Shown: positions 1 through 19,966 of the stretch, piece after piece
Numbering within the stretch: position 1 is the first letter of the stretch
Layout of the letters: each line of letters opens with the position of its first letter
Assembly (NCBI GenBank): GCA_963693365.1
Contig: CAVNZM010000013.1
Span: 6,128,640-6,192,639 of the forward strand
Source: Amoebidium appalachense
Taxonomy: Eukaryota > Protista > Ichthyosporea
Length of the DNA: 64,000 nucleotides
Direction: 5' to 3'
Position numbers and translations under genes: made by a program
Notes under the pieces: generated by a model
The model's input: the letters and a program-made list of their open reading frames with translations, nothing else
What the model was told of the DNA's origin: nothing
Databases searched by the model: none

Positions 1-110
1 GTGTGTCCATGTACGTGTCTTGTGCATGTGTGTCCATGTATGTGTCTTGTGCCTGTGTGTGCATGTACGTGTCTTGTGCCTGTGTGTGCATGTACGTGTC
101 TTGTGCACGT
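1..110. repeat. 26-bp intronic minisatellite, about 4 units
   Basis: Tandem GTGTGT(C/G)CATGTA(C/T)GTGTCTTGTGC(A/C)T-like units. Confidence 0.8.
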
Positions 111-131
111 GTAAGCACATGGTATCCATAC

Positions 132-5949
<5,818 letters not shown>

Positions 5950-6028
5950 GGTGCCTGCTGCTGCGCAACAGATATGGCCAGTGGAAGAGCCACACTAAAA
6001 AAACGCCTATGCTAATCGTGTGATGTTC

Positions 6029-6097
6029 TAGAAAGTATTTGCCTCCACAAAGACAATAAACTTTAGAAAGTATTGGCCTCCACAAAGACAATAAACT
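6029..6097. repeat. Tandem ~35-bp duplication
   Basis: TAGAAAGTATT(T/G)GCCTCCACAAAGACAATAAACT occurs twice in tandem. Confidence 0.85.
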
Positions 6098-6532
6098 ATG
6101 TAATTAGTGTCCGTTTGCTGGTGTCTGGTGTCCAGTCGAGTGTAACTGTCCCGTGTCGGCCGTGTGTGACTTTGTGCATGACTCCCCTTCTTTCTTCTTT
6201 CGGAATGTTCAAAAGCGTTACAAAATGGAATTTCTTGGAATTGATATGACGGACTGCGCGGCATTTGATTGGTCCATTTGAGAGGGCGCACGCGCCAGGT
6301 GCCTCAGGCTGCCAGGCATCCCGCGTCAATGGGAAAAGTGCCACGGACCACGGTCACACTTGGAATTCAAAAACACAGGTGGGCACAAGAAAGAGTCAGT
6401 GAGCTTTGTGTGCAGAATTTGGGGGACAAATTTGATAAGTTGATATTATGCATTCATACATCAGTACATACAGGGCAAGAGTCACGGGACGTCCATCTGA
6501 TTCCGCCAGAGTTTACTTGACTTTATGACGAA

Positions 6533-6540
6533 TGACGTCA
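6533..6540. promoter_or_regulatory. Palindromic CRE-like site upstream of the bHLH-PAS gene
   Basis: TGACGTCA about 590 bp upstream of the ATG, with an ATTGG (CCAAT) near 6268. Motif match only. Confidence 0.3.
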
Positions 6541-6892
6541 CGCCTTTGCAGGGGTCACGCGGGCCAGGGATGGGTGCGTGCCACTGCGTGGGCCGCGGTG
6601 CGTGCGCCGGGCTGCGAAACAAGGGTCAAGTGTGATCGTGATTGATCAGAGCGCGAGTAACTGATCGGTGTGATCATCGGAGCAGAAACCGCAAAAGCTC
6701 TCGAACATGTGCATGTGTACGCTTGCGGAAAGGGGAGGTTTGTTTAGTGTGCAAGGGCTGGGGAGACATGCCTATTAAACTTGGGATAAGCCCTACTAGG
6801 CGTTGTGACTCTGATGCAAAGTTTACACGTGGGCACTGTGACATGCTTGCATGCACACCAGCATTATGGAAAAAATCTTAAGCCAGCTACTC

Positions 6893-7011
6893 CTGCCTGG
6901 GCCAGGGCTGGCATGTGCCCATGAGCATGAGCATTAGGTGGTGGAGTATACTTCTGCCTGGGCCAGGGCTGCCATGTGCCCATGAGCATAAGTATACTCC
7001 ACCACCTAATG
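6893..7011. repeat. Local duplication plus inversion (template-switch-like)
   Basis: 36-bp direct repeat (6893-6928 and 6954-6989) interleaved with a perfect 22-bp inverted repeat (6932-6953 and 6990-7011). Confidence 0.85.
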
Positions 7012-7854
7012 AGTCCACCGTGTCTTTGTTGTGCGGGGCTGAAATGTCACAACACACATTAAGGGAGCCGTAAGACACACAGCAACTATGAACAGTCGTT
7101 TGAAATGGACACTGCAGCAGGTTATGTTCGATGATGCATGATCACAATTGCCACGATCATGCCAAGTGATTCTGCCACGGACTTTGCCTCGGCCATTTTT
7201 TCGCTTGTATGGGTCGCCAGCCGAGTCAATAAACATAGTCCACAGACCCCCACCCCTGCACGGTTCACGCTCTCATCTTCTAATCTCCTCTTACCCCTGG
7301 AAGACTGTACCATCCGTCATCAGTCCTGGACCAGTCCGACGGGGTTCAACATGTTAAACAATTTTAATTTGTTTTTGCCATTCACAAGTACTCAAAAAAA
7401 CCTCGTTGTCACAAATCTTTGTTCTATAGGACCGTTCTCATTCCAATGCATAGGCATGCCTATGCACTAATCAGTCTCTCAGGCTCCGACTGGCACACTT
7501 TCAACTAGTGCATTCTACCATCCACTTTTTCATACCATCAGTCCTTGTTCGTGTAACTTACCGTAATGGAGAAATCATTCGTGCACATACGAAATTAAAT
7601 GACTTCCTCGAAGGCCATCTAGCATATCAACATACTTTGGCCTTCGTAGCCGTAAGGTTTAAGTTTGAAGTATGTCCTTGGGATACTTCCCTCCTTCCCC
7701 CCCCCTCTCCTCCCCCCCTCCCCTCCCCCCCCCCGCCCCGCCGGCGCACCCCGACACCGACCCCCTACACACTCATACACACCGCCACCAGGCACTGCTG
7801 CCACCACCCCAATCGACACACACACACGTACACACACACGTGCACACACACGTG

Positions 7855-8394
7855 CTACGAGTCTGTCTCCCTAGCACCCATAGTGCCCCACAACAGGGCA
7901 GCCAGGCGCTGATACACCCGTCGGTACTGGCGGAAGGCGGCGTCGTTTGACTGGGGTGAGGGCAGGTTGAACCTGAAAAAAGGGTTGTCGTGAGCGAGAC
8001 TAAAACACTTATATGAATGGATCTGCTTAGCAGTTACAAAGTACGGTGATGCACATGTGTGTGTGTGAATGTGTGTGGGGGTAGGAGTGAAGGGGGGAGT
8101 GGGTGGGAGGCGGGGGGGGGGGGGGGGGGGGGGGAGAGGGGGAAGGGGGGAGTGGGTGGGAGGCGGGGGGGGGGAGGGGGAGGGGGTGGGAGGGGGGGGG
8201 CGGGGGGGGGGGGGGGGGGGAGGGGGGGAGAGGAGGAGGGGGAAGAGGGGGGGGGGAGGAAGGAATTGGATATCAAAGGGGGGTGAACATGTCAGGCTGC
8301 CCAAGTGTGTTTTGTGGGCGGCCCAGCTGCAGCTACTTCCAGCTCCTTACTCTGTTAGTAAAGGATCTGGTGTGTATGGTGTAAAGGGCCGCTG

Positions 8395-8430
<36 letters not shown>

Positions 8431-9287
8431 GGGGGGTTGCTAAAAAATGCTGGGACGGATAACACATTGCAGATATGGGTTGCATAGGAGGAGGGTTCAG
8501 AAAATGTTAAAGAGTACGAAGTACCATAGGGCCAACTACTGATAACGACTTTTTGGGGGAGGGAATTGCGGGCCCAATCAAACAGCTCGAAATCTTCGAA
8601 AGGGAATTGCGGGCCCAATCAGGTCATATGACCTAAAATAATCCGATTCCTAAAGAGGCCCAATCAATCGATCAAATCCGTGAACCTGCTCCATCTGATT
8701 CGTTTGAGCAAGAGTGTGGCAATAATTTTTACCTTGAAGCTGCCAGTGGGTCGCCATCGCATTTAGAGGAAGAAAACAAAACATTAAACAACCAAGTTAT
8801 TTTTAAACAAATGAATGAAAAGCAATTATATATGGTTTTGAGGTTTTTTTGGCTGTTTTTGTGCAAGAAATATATATTATTTGGCATACGCAGATGCCGC
8901 TTGTGCACGCCATAACTCTGCGCTAAATCCAATTTCTGTTGCCCCCCTCTCAAAAACGCTAGAGCGGATTGACCAAAATGGAATCCTCTGAGCGTTATCA
9001 CTATTTGGCCAGATGAGATTGAACGGACACGGACAAAATGCTGATTACAAAGCACACATAAACAGCACGGCGGGGGTGGGGGCAGGGGTGGGGGCGAGTG
9101 GATGGGTGAGGGGGGAAGTGGGGGGAGGGGGGGGAGGACTCGAAGGAAGAGGGGGGGGGGGAGGGGGGGGGGGGAGGGAGGGAGGAGCTGAATTTCTCTA
9201 CTGCAAAAAAAATCCCGGGTAGTTTATCCGGTCATGTTCATCCGACAGTATATCTTTCATAAACTCCCCTCCCCTTCCCCCCATCCA

Positions 9288-9324
<37 letters not shown>

Positions 9325-10150
9325 ACAAAAAAAAAAAAAGAAGGAAAAGAAAAAGAAAAAAGAAAAACGACAGGAACAAACAGAAGGGAGAAGAATCACC
9401 ACCAGGCAGTTTGCGGGGCCTTGGTGGTGGCGAGTATGGTGGTGGTAGTGGTGGTGGTAGTGGTAGTGGGTGGGTGGGTGGACGGGTGGGGAGAGGGGGG
9501 GCGAAGAGGAGAAAGACGGGTGCGGAGGGGGGGGAAGGGGGGGGGGATGGGGAGGGGGGAAGGGGAGAAAAAAGGGGGGAGGAGGGAGAGGGAGGGGGGG
9601 GGGGGGGAGGGGGGAGGGGGGGGGGGTTGGATGTGCACGTACCTGTATCTGTGAGGCAGATAGTCGAAGAATGTGGCCCACTGCTCCCTGATGAAAAATT
9701 TCTTGAACTCCTTCTGCGCAGTGGGGTTGTTGAAGTGCACGGCGCTGCTATTATTAATATTGTTGGTCACGTGACTAGGGGCCTCACCCTCATCTCCCTC
9801 CGTCTCCTCTTCGTCCCTGCAGAATTTGTCCACACTGCGTGTCAATGGCAGAATCCACACCAGGTTTTTAATTTGAAGATTATATCATTTAAAATTCTTA
9901 TCCCCGAAGTCGGTGCGCCTACCAAGTGAGTGGGTAGTTCGATCTACATTTTGATAGGAGCACCTCGTATCATTTTAGAGCTGAATATTGAATGGAGCGC
10001 CAATTGACAGTGGTTGGGTGCTGAAATTGCCATACTGCCCATTGGTCAATGTTTTCATGCCTGCAGCAAGCTCAATATGGCACGGGTAGTGGGGCCATGG
10101 TCGTGTCATATCCCTTAAACCCCCCCCCCCTCCCCCCCCCCCCCCCCTCC

Positions 10151-10181
<31 letters not shown>

Positions 10182-13100
10182 AAAAAAAAAAAAACCCTAA
10201 TATGCCCTCTCAGCACCCCCATATGAGCCCTATGGGCCCTAGTTGTAGTTTGAGACCTTTCCCATTCCAAACCTTTGCGTGTACCGTAGCCCCCCCCCCC
10301 CCCCTCCCCCCCCCCCCTCCCCCCCCCCCCTCCCCCCCTTTGCCCTTCTCCCCTCCAACACACCCGCACACCCATGCCCCACACACACACGTGCGCGCAC
10401 CAGAACTGTACCACATCATAATGGTACACACCGCCTACCCAACCACCCACAGTATTCGATTCACACACCACTTGTCAACTTCAACAAATACCCAACCAAC
10501 CATGCATCCACGCATCCATCCATCCACCCACCCACCCACCCACCACTCACCCCTGCTCATCACGTGCATGGGGCACATCGACCACAAACACGTGCGGAAG
10601 GCGGTAGAAGCGGTAGCCAGCCGCAGCCATCTCCATAGCCTGTTGGGCCTTATTGCCCCCCCTGTCCACAAAGGACTCGTTGAAGAGGGGCAGGGGGGTG
10701 GTTGCTATGTAGTAGGGCTCAAACCGTGTGAGGTACGGTATCTCCTCTACATTGTCACTCTTAAGCCACTGCAGGGAGGGTAGGGGAGAGGGGAGGCGGT
10801 GGAGGGGAGGGGGGGTGATGGTGTTGGGGGTGGGGGGGGGGGAGGGGGGGGGAGGGAGGGGGGAAGGGAGGGAGCAGGAGTGGGGAAGGGGGGAGGGGGG
10901 CGGGGAAGGGGAAGGGGTTGGGGGGCTGACTTATACGCAGGGCATAAGAGGCACTTGGTTAAGACCAGGACCCACGATAGATATGCCATATTTGGTCACA
11001 CAGACTTGCGGTTGGCGGGGGGGAGGGAGGAGGGGGGGGGGGGGGTTTGAATGCGTCAAAAAGTACGAAGTACACAAGAACAAACGGATAACACGATGCA
11101 GAATGCAAGCCATACATAAAGAGTATGCATAATAAGCAGAGCCCATCCTCAGGGGGGGCCCAGGGGTTAAGGGCTTGGATGGGGGTTGAGCGCAAATTCA
11201 TGTAAGCAAGGCAGTCTGCCGATGGGGTGTGGGACGGTCCTCGACGAAGCATTATGATAAATGCAGGGTGATTGTGAGAGGAGGGATAGAAAGGGGTTTT
11301 TACGGATGCCATCAGGACACTCGCGCATAGTAGCACATACACATAAGAACACACATGCTTTATAGACACATGCACAAGAATACACACGCTTATTAACACA
11401 AATGCTTATTACCACAAATACCACGTGAAGCTATGATTGAACACACCTAGATGTCCGATGATACACACTACCGCACCCACATGATGACAAAAGAGTTCTT
11501 ACTGCCAGCAACATGTATAACCCATATTTCTGGCCCTACCTCGTAGTGGTCTGTCGGGCCGTATGCCGGTGCAAAGTACAGGTGCATGGGTGTTGCTGCC
11601 CCAGCCATCATGGCCTCCACCATGGCCTGTTTGGGTATGCCCCTGGTTGGGTCACGGTGCACGTGCAGCTGCTGCAGGCCCTCACTGCCCATGTTCATGG
11701 CGGGTGGAACATAGGCACGCAGTCCGGGGCACTGTGGTGTGAATGTGTGTGTGTGTGTGTGTGTGTTGGGGGGGGAGGGGGGGGGGGGATTGGGCCTCCG
11801 GGTGGTGGTGGGGGTGGTTGGGGGGGGGGGGGGGGGGGGGGGGGAGGGAGGCCCTAGGAGGAAGGGGAAGGAGGGGAGGGGGAAGGGGGTGGAGGGGGAG
11901 GGGGTTGGTTAGAATGTGTTACAGAATACGATGTGCACACCATGGGATGACGGCCCAATACACTAGCATTTATTGAAAAGCCCACATAAAGTATATTCAT
12001 AATAAACAGAGCATGGCCCAGAGTCGGGGGGAGGGGGCGGGGCGGGGGGGGGGGGGGGGGGGGGGAAGAGGAGGGCGCGGGGAGGGGTTGAATGGTGCAC
12101 AGAAACAAGAAATGGTGCTGGGGTGAGTGAGTGTGTGAGTAAAGGCACGTCTTACTGGTTGTTTTGCAGAGGTTACAGAGGTTGGGTGATGTGCGCTTTT
12201 GTTGTGCACGAGAGCACAAGCTGTGCCCTCGGCATGAATATAGTGCATTGTTGTAGACATGATGTGCATGCATTTTGCACCCAGCACAGTGGCATGCACA
12301 CGGTACAGCATGCACACAGCACAGCATGCACACAGTACAGCATGCACACAGTACAGTGCTGTACGTGGTTAAATATACCTCTATCCTCCTGGCCATGCCG
12401 GGCAGGCGTGCCGCCACCTTGTCAGCGGCCATCACGACATCCCGATACAGGGCCATGGGCGCACTGGGCACCACATCAATGTCCAGCACAAACACGTGCC
12501 GGCCACGTGGCTGCACCTGCACGTGCACACAGGTCAGGGTATTGCATGTAGAGACTGTGATTCGTGAAGTAGAGGGGGGGAAGGGGGGAGACGGGGGAGG
12601 GGGGGAGGGGGGGGGGGAGGGGGGGGGAACGATCATCACATGTGTAAAAAGCCGAAGCCAAACATTTGGGAGTACGTGGCTCACATTAAGTGCATGCATG
12701 AAAATCATGCGGCAAATTAACGAGAATCAGCCACACTCTTAAGGCTACAACAGTCAACATGGGCCTGTTAAGGATTATCAGCTAAGCTACAGTAACTGCA
12801 CGTGGGGGGTTAGGGCACATTGGCTGCACGTGAGGAGGGATAGAACGTACCTGCAGTGCCATGTTGCGCAGCATGTTGATTGGGTAGAAGGCCGTGGGGT
12901 CACTGGCCCGGTGCCCTACCCGCCAGGCAACGTGGATGTCGGCATAGCGCTGTAGCAGCTGGAGGGGGGAGGGGGGGGGGAGAGCGGAGAGTTAGAATGT
13001 GTGCAAAGTAGAACATGCATAGAGTCACCATGTCATTGGAACCATCATTGGGGGGGAGGGGGGGTGGGGGGGTGGGGAGGGGGGGAGGGGGGGGAGGGGG

Positions 13101-15046
13101 GGGGGGGGGGGGCAAAACGGGAGCCAAGAGAGGGGAGGAAGGGGGAAGAGGCGGGGAGGGGAGGGGGGGGGAGGGGAAGAAGGGAGGCGACGGGAGAAGG
13201 GGGAAGGGGCTGGGTGGGCACAGCACAGTGGTGCACGGTGCATCGTGACTCTGCAGTAGGGTTTTGTCGAAAGCGACACTGCACATGTGATGCATGTGGG
13301 CTAAGCCGATGGGGAATAGGAAGTAAGCCTCAAGAGGAGGGAAAGAACAAAAAATACATGTGTGGGCGGATAAAAGGCTGGTGTTCCCGAGCTGTTTTTT
13401 TTTGTGTGTGTATGTGTGCGTGTGTGTGTGGGGAGGGTGGGTGGGTGGGTGGGGAGGGGGGGGGGGGAGGCGGGCAGGGGGGGGGGGGGGGGGAGGAGGG
13501 AGGCGGGGCCGTGGGAGGGGGAGGGGGGAGAAGGTTGAATTACACCTACACAATAATGCACGAAAAATGATGTGATTTACAAAAAGTGTGCAAGTAGTAT
13601 GCAATAAAATATTTGGATGCGCACACAAACATGCAAACAGTGCAACGGGCACCTCTGATTGGTGGATGGCACTGTCCAGGTCTTTGAGTTGGTCCCTGGA
13701 GTCCAGCAGTACCGCAAACGACACAGGCCCATGCCACACTGGGGGGAGGAGGAGGGGGGAGGGGGGGAGGCTGTTAGGATTGGGTGCACGGAAAGAAGAA
13801 CATCATGTGTATACTAAATAACGTTAATTCAGAAATACTCAAAGGAGACACACACGATACATGCAACAACCATATCCCCATGAGGGCCGGGGACAGGGCG
13901 GGCGGGGAGGGGGGGGGGGGGGGGGATCAGGAGGAGGGGAAGGAGGGGGGGGGGAAGTGGATGGGGGGAGGGAGGGGGTCAAGAGGGCAGAAACCATACA
14001 GGGTGGTGGGTGGTGGAGGGCTACCAGTCAATACGTTGTCTGGGGGTGAAGGGGGTGGGGTTGGGTGGGTGGGTGGGTGGGTAGGGGGGAGGACGGGGGG
14101 GTGGGGAGGGGAGAGGGGGGAGGGGGGAAGGGGGGGGGGAGGGAGAATCCACGCAGGTTCTCTCCATATGTTATGCTACAGGACAGGAGGGTGCAAGGAG
14201 GTGCCGGGGCGGTTTACAGTGGAATATGAAGAAGGAAAAGAGGTGTGTGCAGGCAGGCAGTCGTCTAAGTCCTGAGGGATGTGTCAGGGAAAAAAACCAT
14301 GGGTACATGAAGATCGGTCGGGGGGAGGGGGGAGGACGGGGGAAGGAGGGGGGAAGGGGGGGGGGGGGGGGGGAGGGGGGAGGGAACTCTTTACCTGTCA
14401 GGAGGTTCTGTAGGTGGGGTAGGCGGTCCAGTGTGCCCTGGGACACCACATGCACAGCACCATCGTAGTCGGCTGGGGCGGGGCCGGGGGGGGGGGGGGG
14501 GGGGGGGGGGAAGGGGGGGGGGGGGGGGGGGGGCGAAGAGGGGGAAGGAAGGGGCATGGGTTAGACATAGTTATTTATGAACACCGTGTTGAGAAAACAC
14601 TGCCTGTGGACTGAGCGAACGAGGGCAGTGTGGAGTATGTGGGCCGTGTAAGGCCCATGTTCGTGTACATTGGTTTGTTTGGCAATGGGCACCATTTGTC
14701 CAGGGCCGCAGTGTGGTAGCGGTTGCACAGTGTGGGTTCAGTGGAGTATGTGTGTGTATGTGTGTATGTGGGGGGGAGGGGGGGGTGGGGGGAGGGGGGG
14801 GGGGGGGGGGGTGGCGTGGTGGGAGGTCCCCGGTCCTTGGATGGCCTTACACAAGTTGCCACCGACCAGAGCCTTTTTTTTCCGGTTAAGGCACGGGTGG
14901 GAGAAGGAGGTGGGGAGGGGGAGGGGTGTTGGTAGGGGATGCCGTGTGATGGGTGTGGCTACATGGGGGTAGGCAGATGTGCGGTATGTGGATGCACATT
15001 TGCTGTGTGTGTGTGTGTGTGGGTGTGCGTATGGGTGTGCGCGTGG

Positions 15047-15078
<32 letters not shown>

Positions 15079-15111
15079 GTGCTTGTGCGTGCGTGTGTGC
15101 GTGCGCACGTG

Positions 15112-15182
<71 letters not shown>

Positions 15183-15976
15183 ACGTGTACACATATGTGC
15201 GCGTGTGTGCGCTGGCAAGATTTCCCTGTCAGCCGGTGTGTGTGTGAGTTTGTTTTGCTGGGTAGGCTTAGTGAGTGTCTGTGCCCGTGTGTGAATGTAT
15301 CGTGTTTGCATTAGGCTGATATTGCATTCATGTGATGTCACCCAGCCATTGTTGTAGCTCTGATCAGCACGTGTGTGCTCGGTATTAGCCCAGTGAATAA
15401 ATCCCTTTCTGTGTGTTCTATATTGTTATGCATGCAGACAGAAGTCGGCCCACACTCTCTCCGACCATCATGTATGTGTGTGCCCCCGTACCCCCTTCTT
15501 TCCCCCCTCTCTCTTCTATGGCCCAACCACATCGGCAGAGTCAACTTGCAAAAAGCAGAATTATTCTGCAGAAGCGGAATCATTCTGAAAAAAGCAAAAT
15601 TATTCTGCAAAAAGCAGAATTTTTCTGCAAAAGCAGAACCACTCTGCTTTAAGCAGAATTATTCTGCAAAAGCAGAATTACTCTGCTTTTAGCAGAATCA
15701 TTCAAATTTAGCCAAATTTAGCAAAATTACTCTGTTTTTAGCAGAATTATTCCACAAAAAGCAGAATCATTCTGCTTTTGACAGCAGAATAAGTCTGCTT
15801 TTAGCAGAATAATTCTGTTTTTAGCAGATTGATTCTGCTGTTTGCATGATTCTGCTTTTAGCAGATTGATTCTGCTTTTGCAGAATAATTCTGCTTTTTG
15901 CAGAATAATTCTGCTTTTTGCGGAATAATTCTGCTCGGAGCAAGTTGACTCAGCCGATGTGTTTGGGTCCTTCTCA

Positions 15977-16011
<35 letters not shown>

Positions 16012-19000
16012 TCGCCTCCACCCCCCTCTCATCCTCCCCCTCCCCTCTCCCCCCCCCCCCCCCTCCCGCCCCCCCCCCCGGCTGTTTCATGTTGTTCCCT
16101 ACCTCCCCCCCGCATGGCCACCTCTGAGCGGTAGTGAAATGCCTTGACAGCAAATCTCATGCCATGTATCCTCTGCTCCCCAATCCCAGTCCCACCCACC
16201 GCCATCTGCACCAGCACGGTCAGATTCAACCCGGCACGTGCGTCTCTGCCCCAAACCAAACACCCCTACACACGTGTGTTTTGTGTCTTCTCAGGAGCCC
16301 ACCGGGACCATGTTTGCTCATTCACTTCTTTCGTGTATTTTGGGCCAACCCATCGGAAACCGTAAACCAAGGTGGAAGATACCGGAATTTATCGGCACCT
16401 TGTTAGTTGTGTAAGGAAGTGTGTGTCTTGTAGCGCCTACGCAACCATGCACTAAATACGTGCACACACACGTGCATGCATACGTGCACACATCACACAC
16501 TCGCGCGCGAGCACATGGCCAACCACTCATTCATGCACACTTACATGCCTACGTGCACACATATGCAAGCACATGGGCACACACACGCGCACACACCTTC
16601 ATATAATTGGGCCACCGTGCATCGCACACTCTTGGTCCTGCACCCCCCAACCCCACCCAGTCAGCACCGTGTGCTCTGCAACCCGTCCGTGCCCCCCCCC
16701 CTCCCCCCGTATATCCCACATGTGCACAGCTGTGTTTCACCCATGCCTGCTGATGATTGGTCAAGGTGTACTTGTGTTCCATTCATCCTTGCTGATGATT
16801 GGGCCATGTTCATGCTACCATCCTAGTGCGTTTGTTCACCCTCTCCTTCGTTTCTACTAATCCTCACATTGACAGAACGAAAACCTTGATGATTCAAACC
16901 CCGCTGTGCTTTTTATGCTAAATGCCCCGTACCTGCACTATAAGTAAACAAACATGTGCACCCCTACTTATGAATCAAAGCGCGTCCTTTTCCCCAATCC
17001 AATACGTGCTATCCTCCCCCCCCCCCTCCTCCCCCTCTTCCCTTCTGCCTTCCCCCCCCCCCCCCCTTCCCCCTTCCCTTACCCCCCCCCCCCCCCCCCC
17101 GCCCCCTTTCCCTTCTCCTCCCACCCCCCTCCTTCGCTTCTCCTCCCCCTTCTCCCACCTCCCCCACCCCTTGCCTACCCTTGATATGTGCGGTGCCGAA
17201 GCAGTATCCCCTGTAGGGCACCCCCTTGATGCGCACCATGCCAGGCTCATGCCTCAGACACTTGCCGTAGTGAAAGTCGCGCCCTGGTGCCGGCTTGTTG
17301 TAGAACTCGGGGTCCATGTGTTCCCTCCCATACCTGTGCACGTGCACGTGAGGATGCTACGGCCGTACATGGGTGGATGTGTGTGTGTGTGTGTGCGTGT
17401 GTTGGGGGGGGGGGGGGGGGGGGTTGAATGCGGAACACGGTACGAAGTACGCATACACGATGAGAAGCATGATGCAGGACACATGCAAAGGCAAACATTC
17501 AAGTATGCAACATCAGCCATGCGCACAGTATGCGTCATAAGCAGAGCCCATCCTCAGGGAGGGCCCAAGTCATCAATTGCGTCTGAGTTTTGACCCCTTA
17601 GCCCGCGTATATACGACTCTCCAACTCAGACAGCAGCATCAACTGAACTTGGGAGGGTACAACCCCTCTTGATCAAAGACGGGTTGCTTATGCAAGCAGG
17701 ATGAGCAAAACGGTGAAGATGTGTGTGCAAACTAATGCAGTGCAGCGAAGAATGCGTATGTGCTTACAGATGCACGACACGGGGGTTGAAATGCATGACC
17801 ATGGTGACTTGAGAGGGATGCAGATCCTCTACCGTGTCTGCCTGTGGAGAATGTGCAGGTCTACTCGTGTGAATGAAGAGCGATGAGGGGAGGGGAAGGG
17901 GAGGGGGGGGGGGGGGGGGCTTGCAATGCGCGAGTGTGTGGTGTGCGCCTTTAATCCCCACCTGTCACTGTGTATGTATGTGTGTCTTCTTTTTATCCTC
18001 ACCTCTACCTGTGTATATATACACAACATATGCCGGTGTACGTGTGTGTTTTTACTCCCACTTGTGCCCGTGTACGTGTGTGTCGATTATACCTGCACCC
18101 TCTGTACGTGTGTGATTCTATATCAACCTGTGCTTGTACGTGCTGTACGTGCAGGTGCCCACTCCCACCTACGCCTGCACGTGTGTGTGCACACTCACCT
18201 GTGCCTGTTCATGTAGTACTGATACTCGTGCTGGGCCACGTGCATGGCTGACTGCAGCTTATCCCCCACCACATACTTAAATGCACGTGGGATGGTCTGA
18301 TTGCTCGAAAACACCCCGGCAGTGAGGTTGGCCGGAAGAACCTGCGAGAAGGAAAAGGTGGGTGGTCGTGGTGCAGGGGAGGCGGCATCTGATACATTAG
18401 CACTGTTTGACGTCTGTGCGATTTGTGTTGGCGTACTGATGACGCCACTGCTAGTACTTGCACTGGTTGTGGTTGTGGTTGTGTTTGTGTTTGTGGCCGT
18501 GTTTTGTTCCACCAGGCTGGGCTGGGAAATCGATGGTGATGGTGGGGTAATGAGGGCTACGGAAGGGGTGGCGGCTTGTGGGGCTGCACTTTGTGTGCTG
18601 GCTGGTGGGTGTGTGGATACGACTGGTAGGGCCAGGCTTACGTTTGCCTGTGGGTTGGAGTGCGCCTGTGTGTATTGGTGTGTGAGTGTGGGTGGGAATG
18701 GAGGGTGTAGAACGAGGTTCAGAGTGTGATTTGTTTGTTGAGAACATCTGTATTAATGGAGATTAATCAAGATAAAATGAATACACACGTGGAGAATGCA
18801 ACATAAGCAGACTCTCAGAGCCATACTCAGGGGTAGGTCCAGAAATCATCGGTACCCGAGATTCATTTCCGCCTTGCTTTGAAAAACATTAATGCAGAAA
18901 CCGCGTCATTTGCACATGGGGGAGCAACCAGCCTTGGCCAGAGAATAACATAGTTGCTTATCTGAGCATGCAGCAGAATGCAAACCAGTGAGAAGCGAAC

Positions 19001-19280
19001 CGGGGGAGGAGGGCGAAGAGGGGAGGGGAGGGGGGGGGGGGGGGAAAGAGGGGAGGGAGGGGGGGGGGGGGGAGGGGAAGAGAGGGGGGCGGGTTGCAGG
19101 TTTGAGAAGGAAGCAAGAAAACAGAACAGAAGGAGTGGAGAGAAGGGGGGGGGAGGAAGATTAACGCTAGGTACGTGTGTGTGCACGCACATGTACGGCC
19201 TGTACTTTGCTTGTGAATCGCTTGTATGTGTTTGGCCCTGGTTGCGAGGGTAGACGTGTGTGTGTGTGTGCGTGTGCGTG

Positions 19281-19312
<32 letters not shown>

Positions 19313-19747
19313 TGTGTACGTGCGTGCGTGTTTTTGGGGTGACCGTGGCGGGGGTGGGTATGGGTGGTGGCGGATGGTGGTGATGGTAGGTATGTGTATG
19401 TCTGCACGAGTGTTTGGAATGAGAGGGGGAGGCAGGTAGAGGATGAAGTATTTGGGAAACATAGTCAGAAGTGCATGGCTGGATGGGTAGTGGTGATATT
19501 GGTGGTGGTGGGTTTTGAAATTATTTTATTTTATTTTATTTTATTTTTTTGGGGGGGGGGGAAGGGGGGGAAGGGGGGGAGGAAAGGGGAGGCGGAGTAA
19601 AAAGTGCTGAAAGTGCAATTAATAGCATCGAGGACAAGACACACGTAACAAAAATGTGAAATTGAGGAAACACAAGGAAAAATCATGGTCCCCTCGGGCA
19701 TGCTTTTTCTTTTTTTCTTTTAGTTGGTTTGGGGGAGGGTTGTGTGT

Positions 19748-19784
<37 letters not shown>

Positions 19785-19933
19785 GAAGGAGGGGGGAGGG
19801 GGTGGGGAGCACAGGATCGAACATCAGAATGGGCCGTGGTATCATACCGAAGTTGGGTATTTCATGACCTATACTCGAATCTAGAATTTATTCGCTATAG
19901 ATGCGCCGTAGCCTTCATCCGCCATCCCCCCCG

Positions 19934-19966
<33 letters not shown>

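Noticed and set aside
7006-7690. Coding-like complex sequence on the minus strand (e.g. LWTMFIDSAGDPYKRKNGRG)
   Set aside because: No recognisable family and no consistent exon chain. It may be a decayed transposon or gene but cannot be supported.
8560-8621. 21-bp direct repeat AGGGAATTGCGGGCCCAATCA and the ORF 8355-8618
   Set aside because: Only two copies, inside a GT49 intron whose flanking exons already join in phase; no protein similarity recognised.
15540-15935. Palindromic short repeats resembling a CRISPR array
   Set aside because: No unique spacers, degenerate units, enclosed by TIRs, eukaryotic intron, no cas genes.
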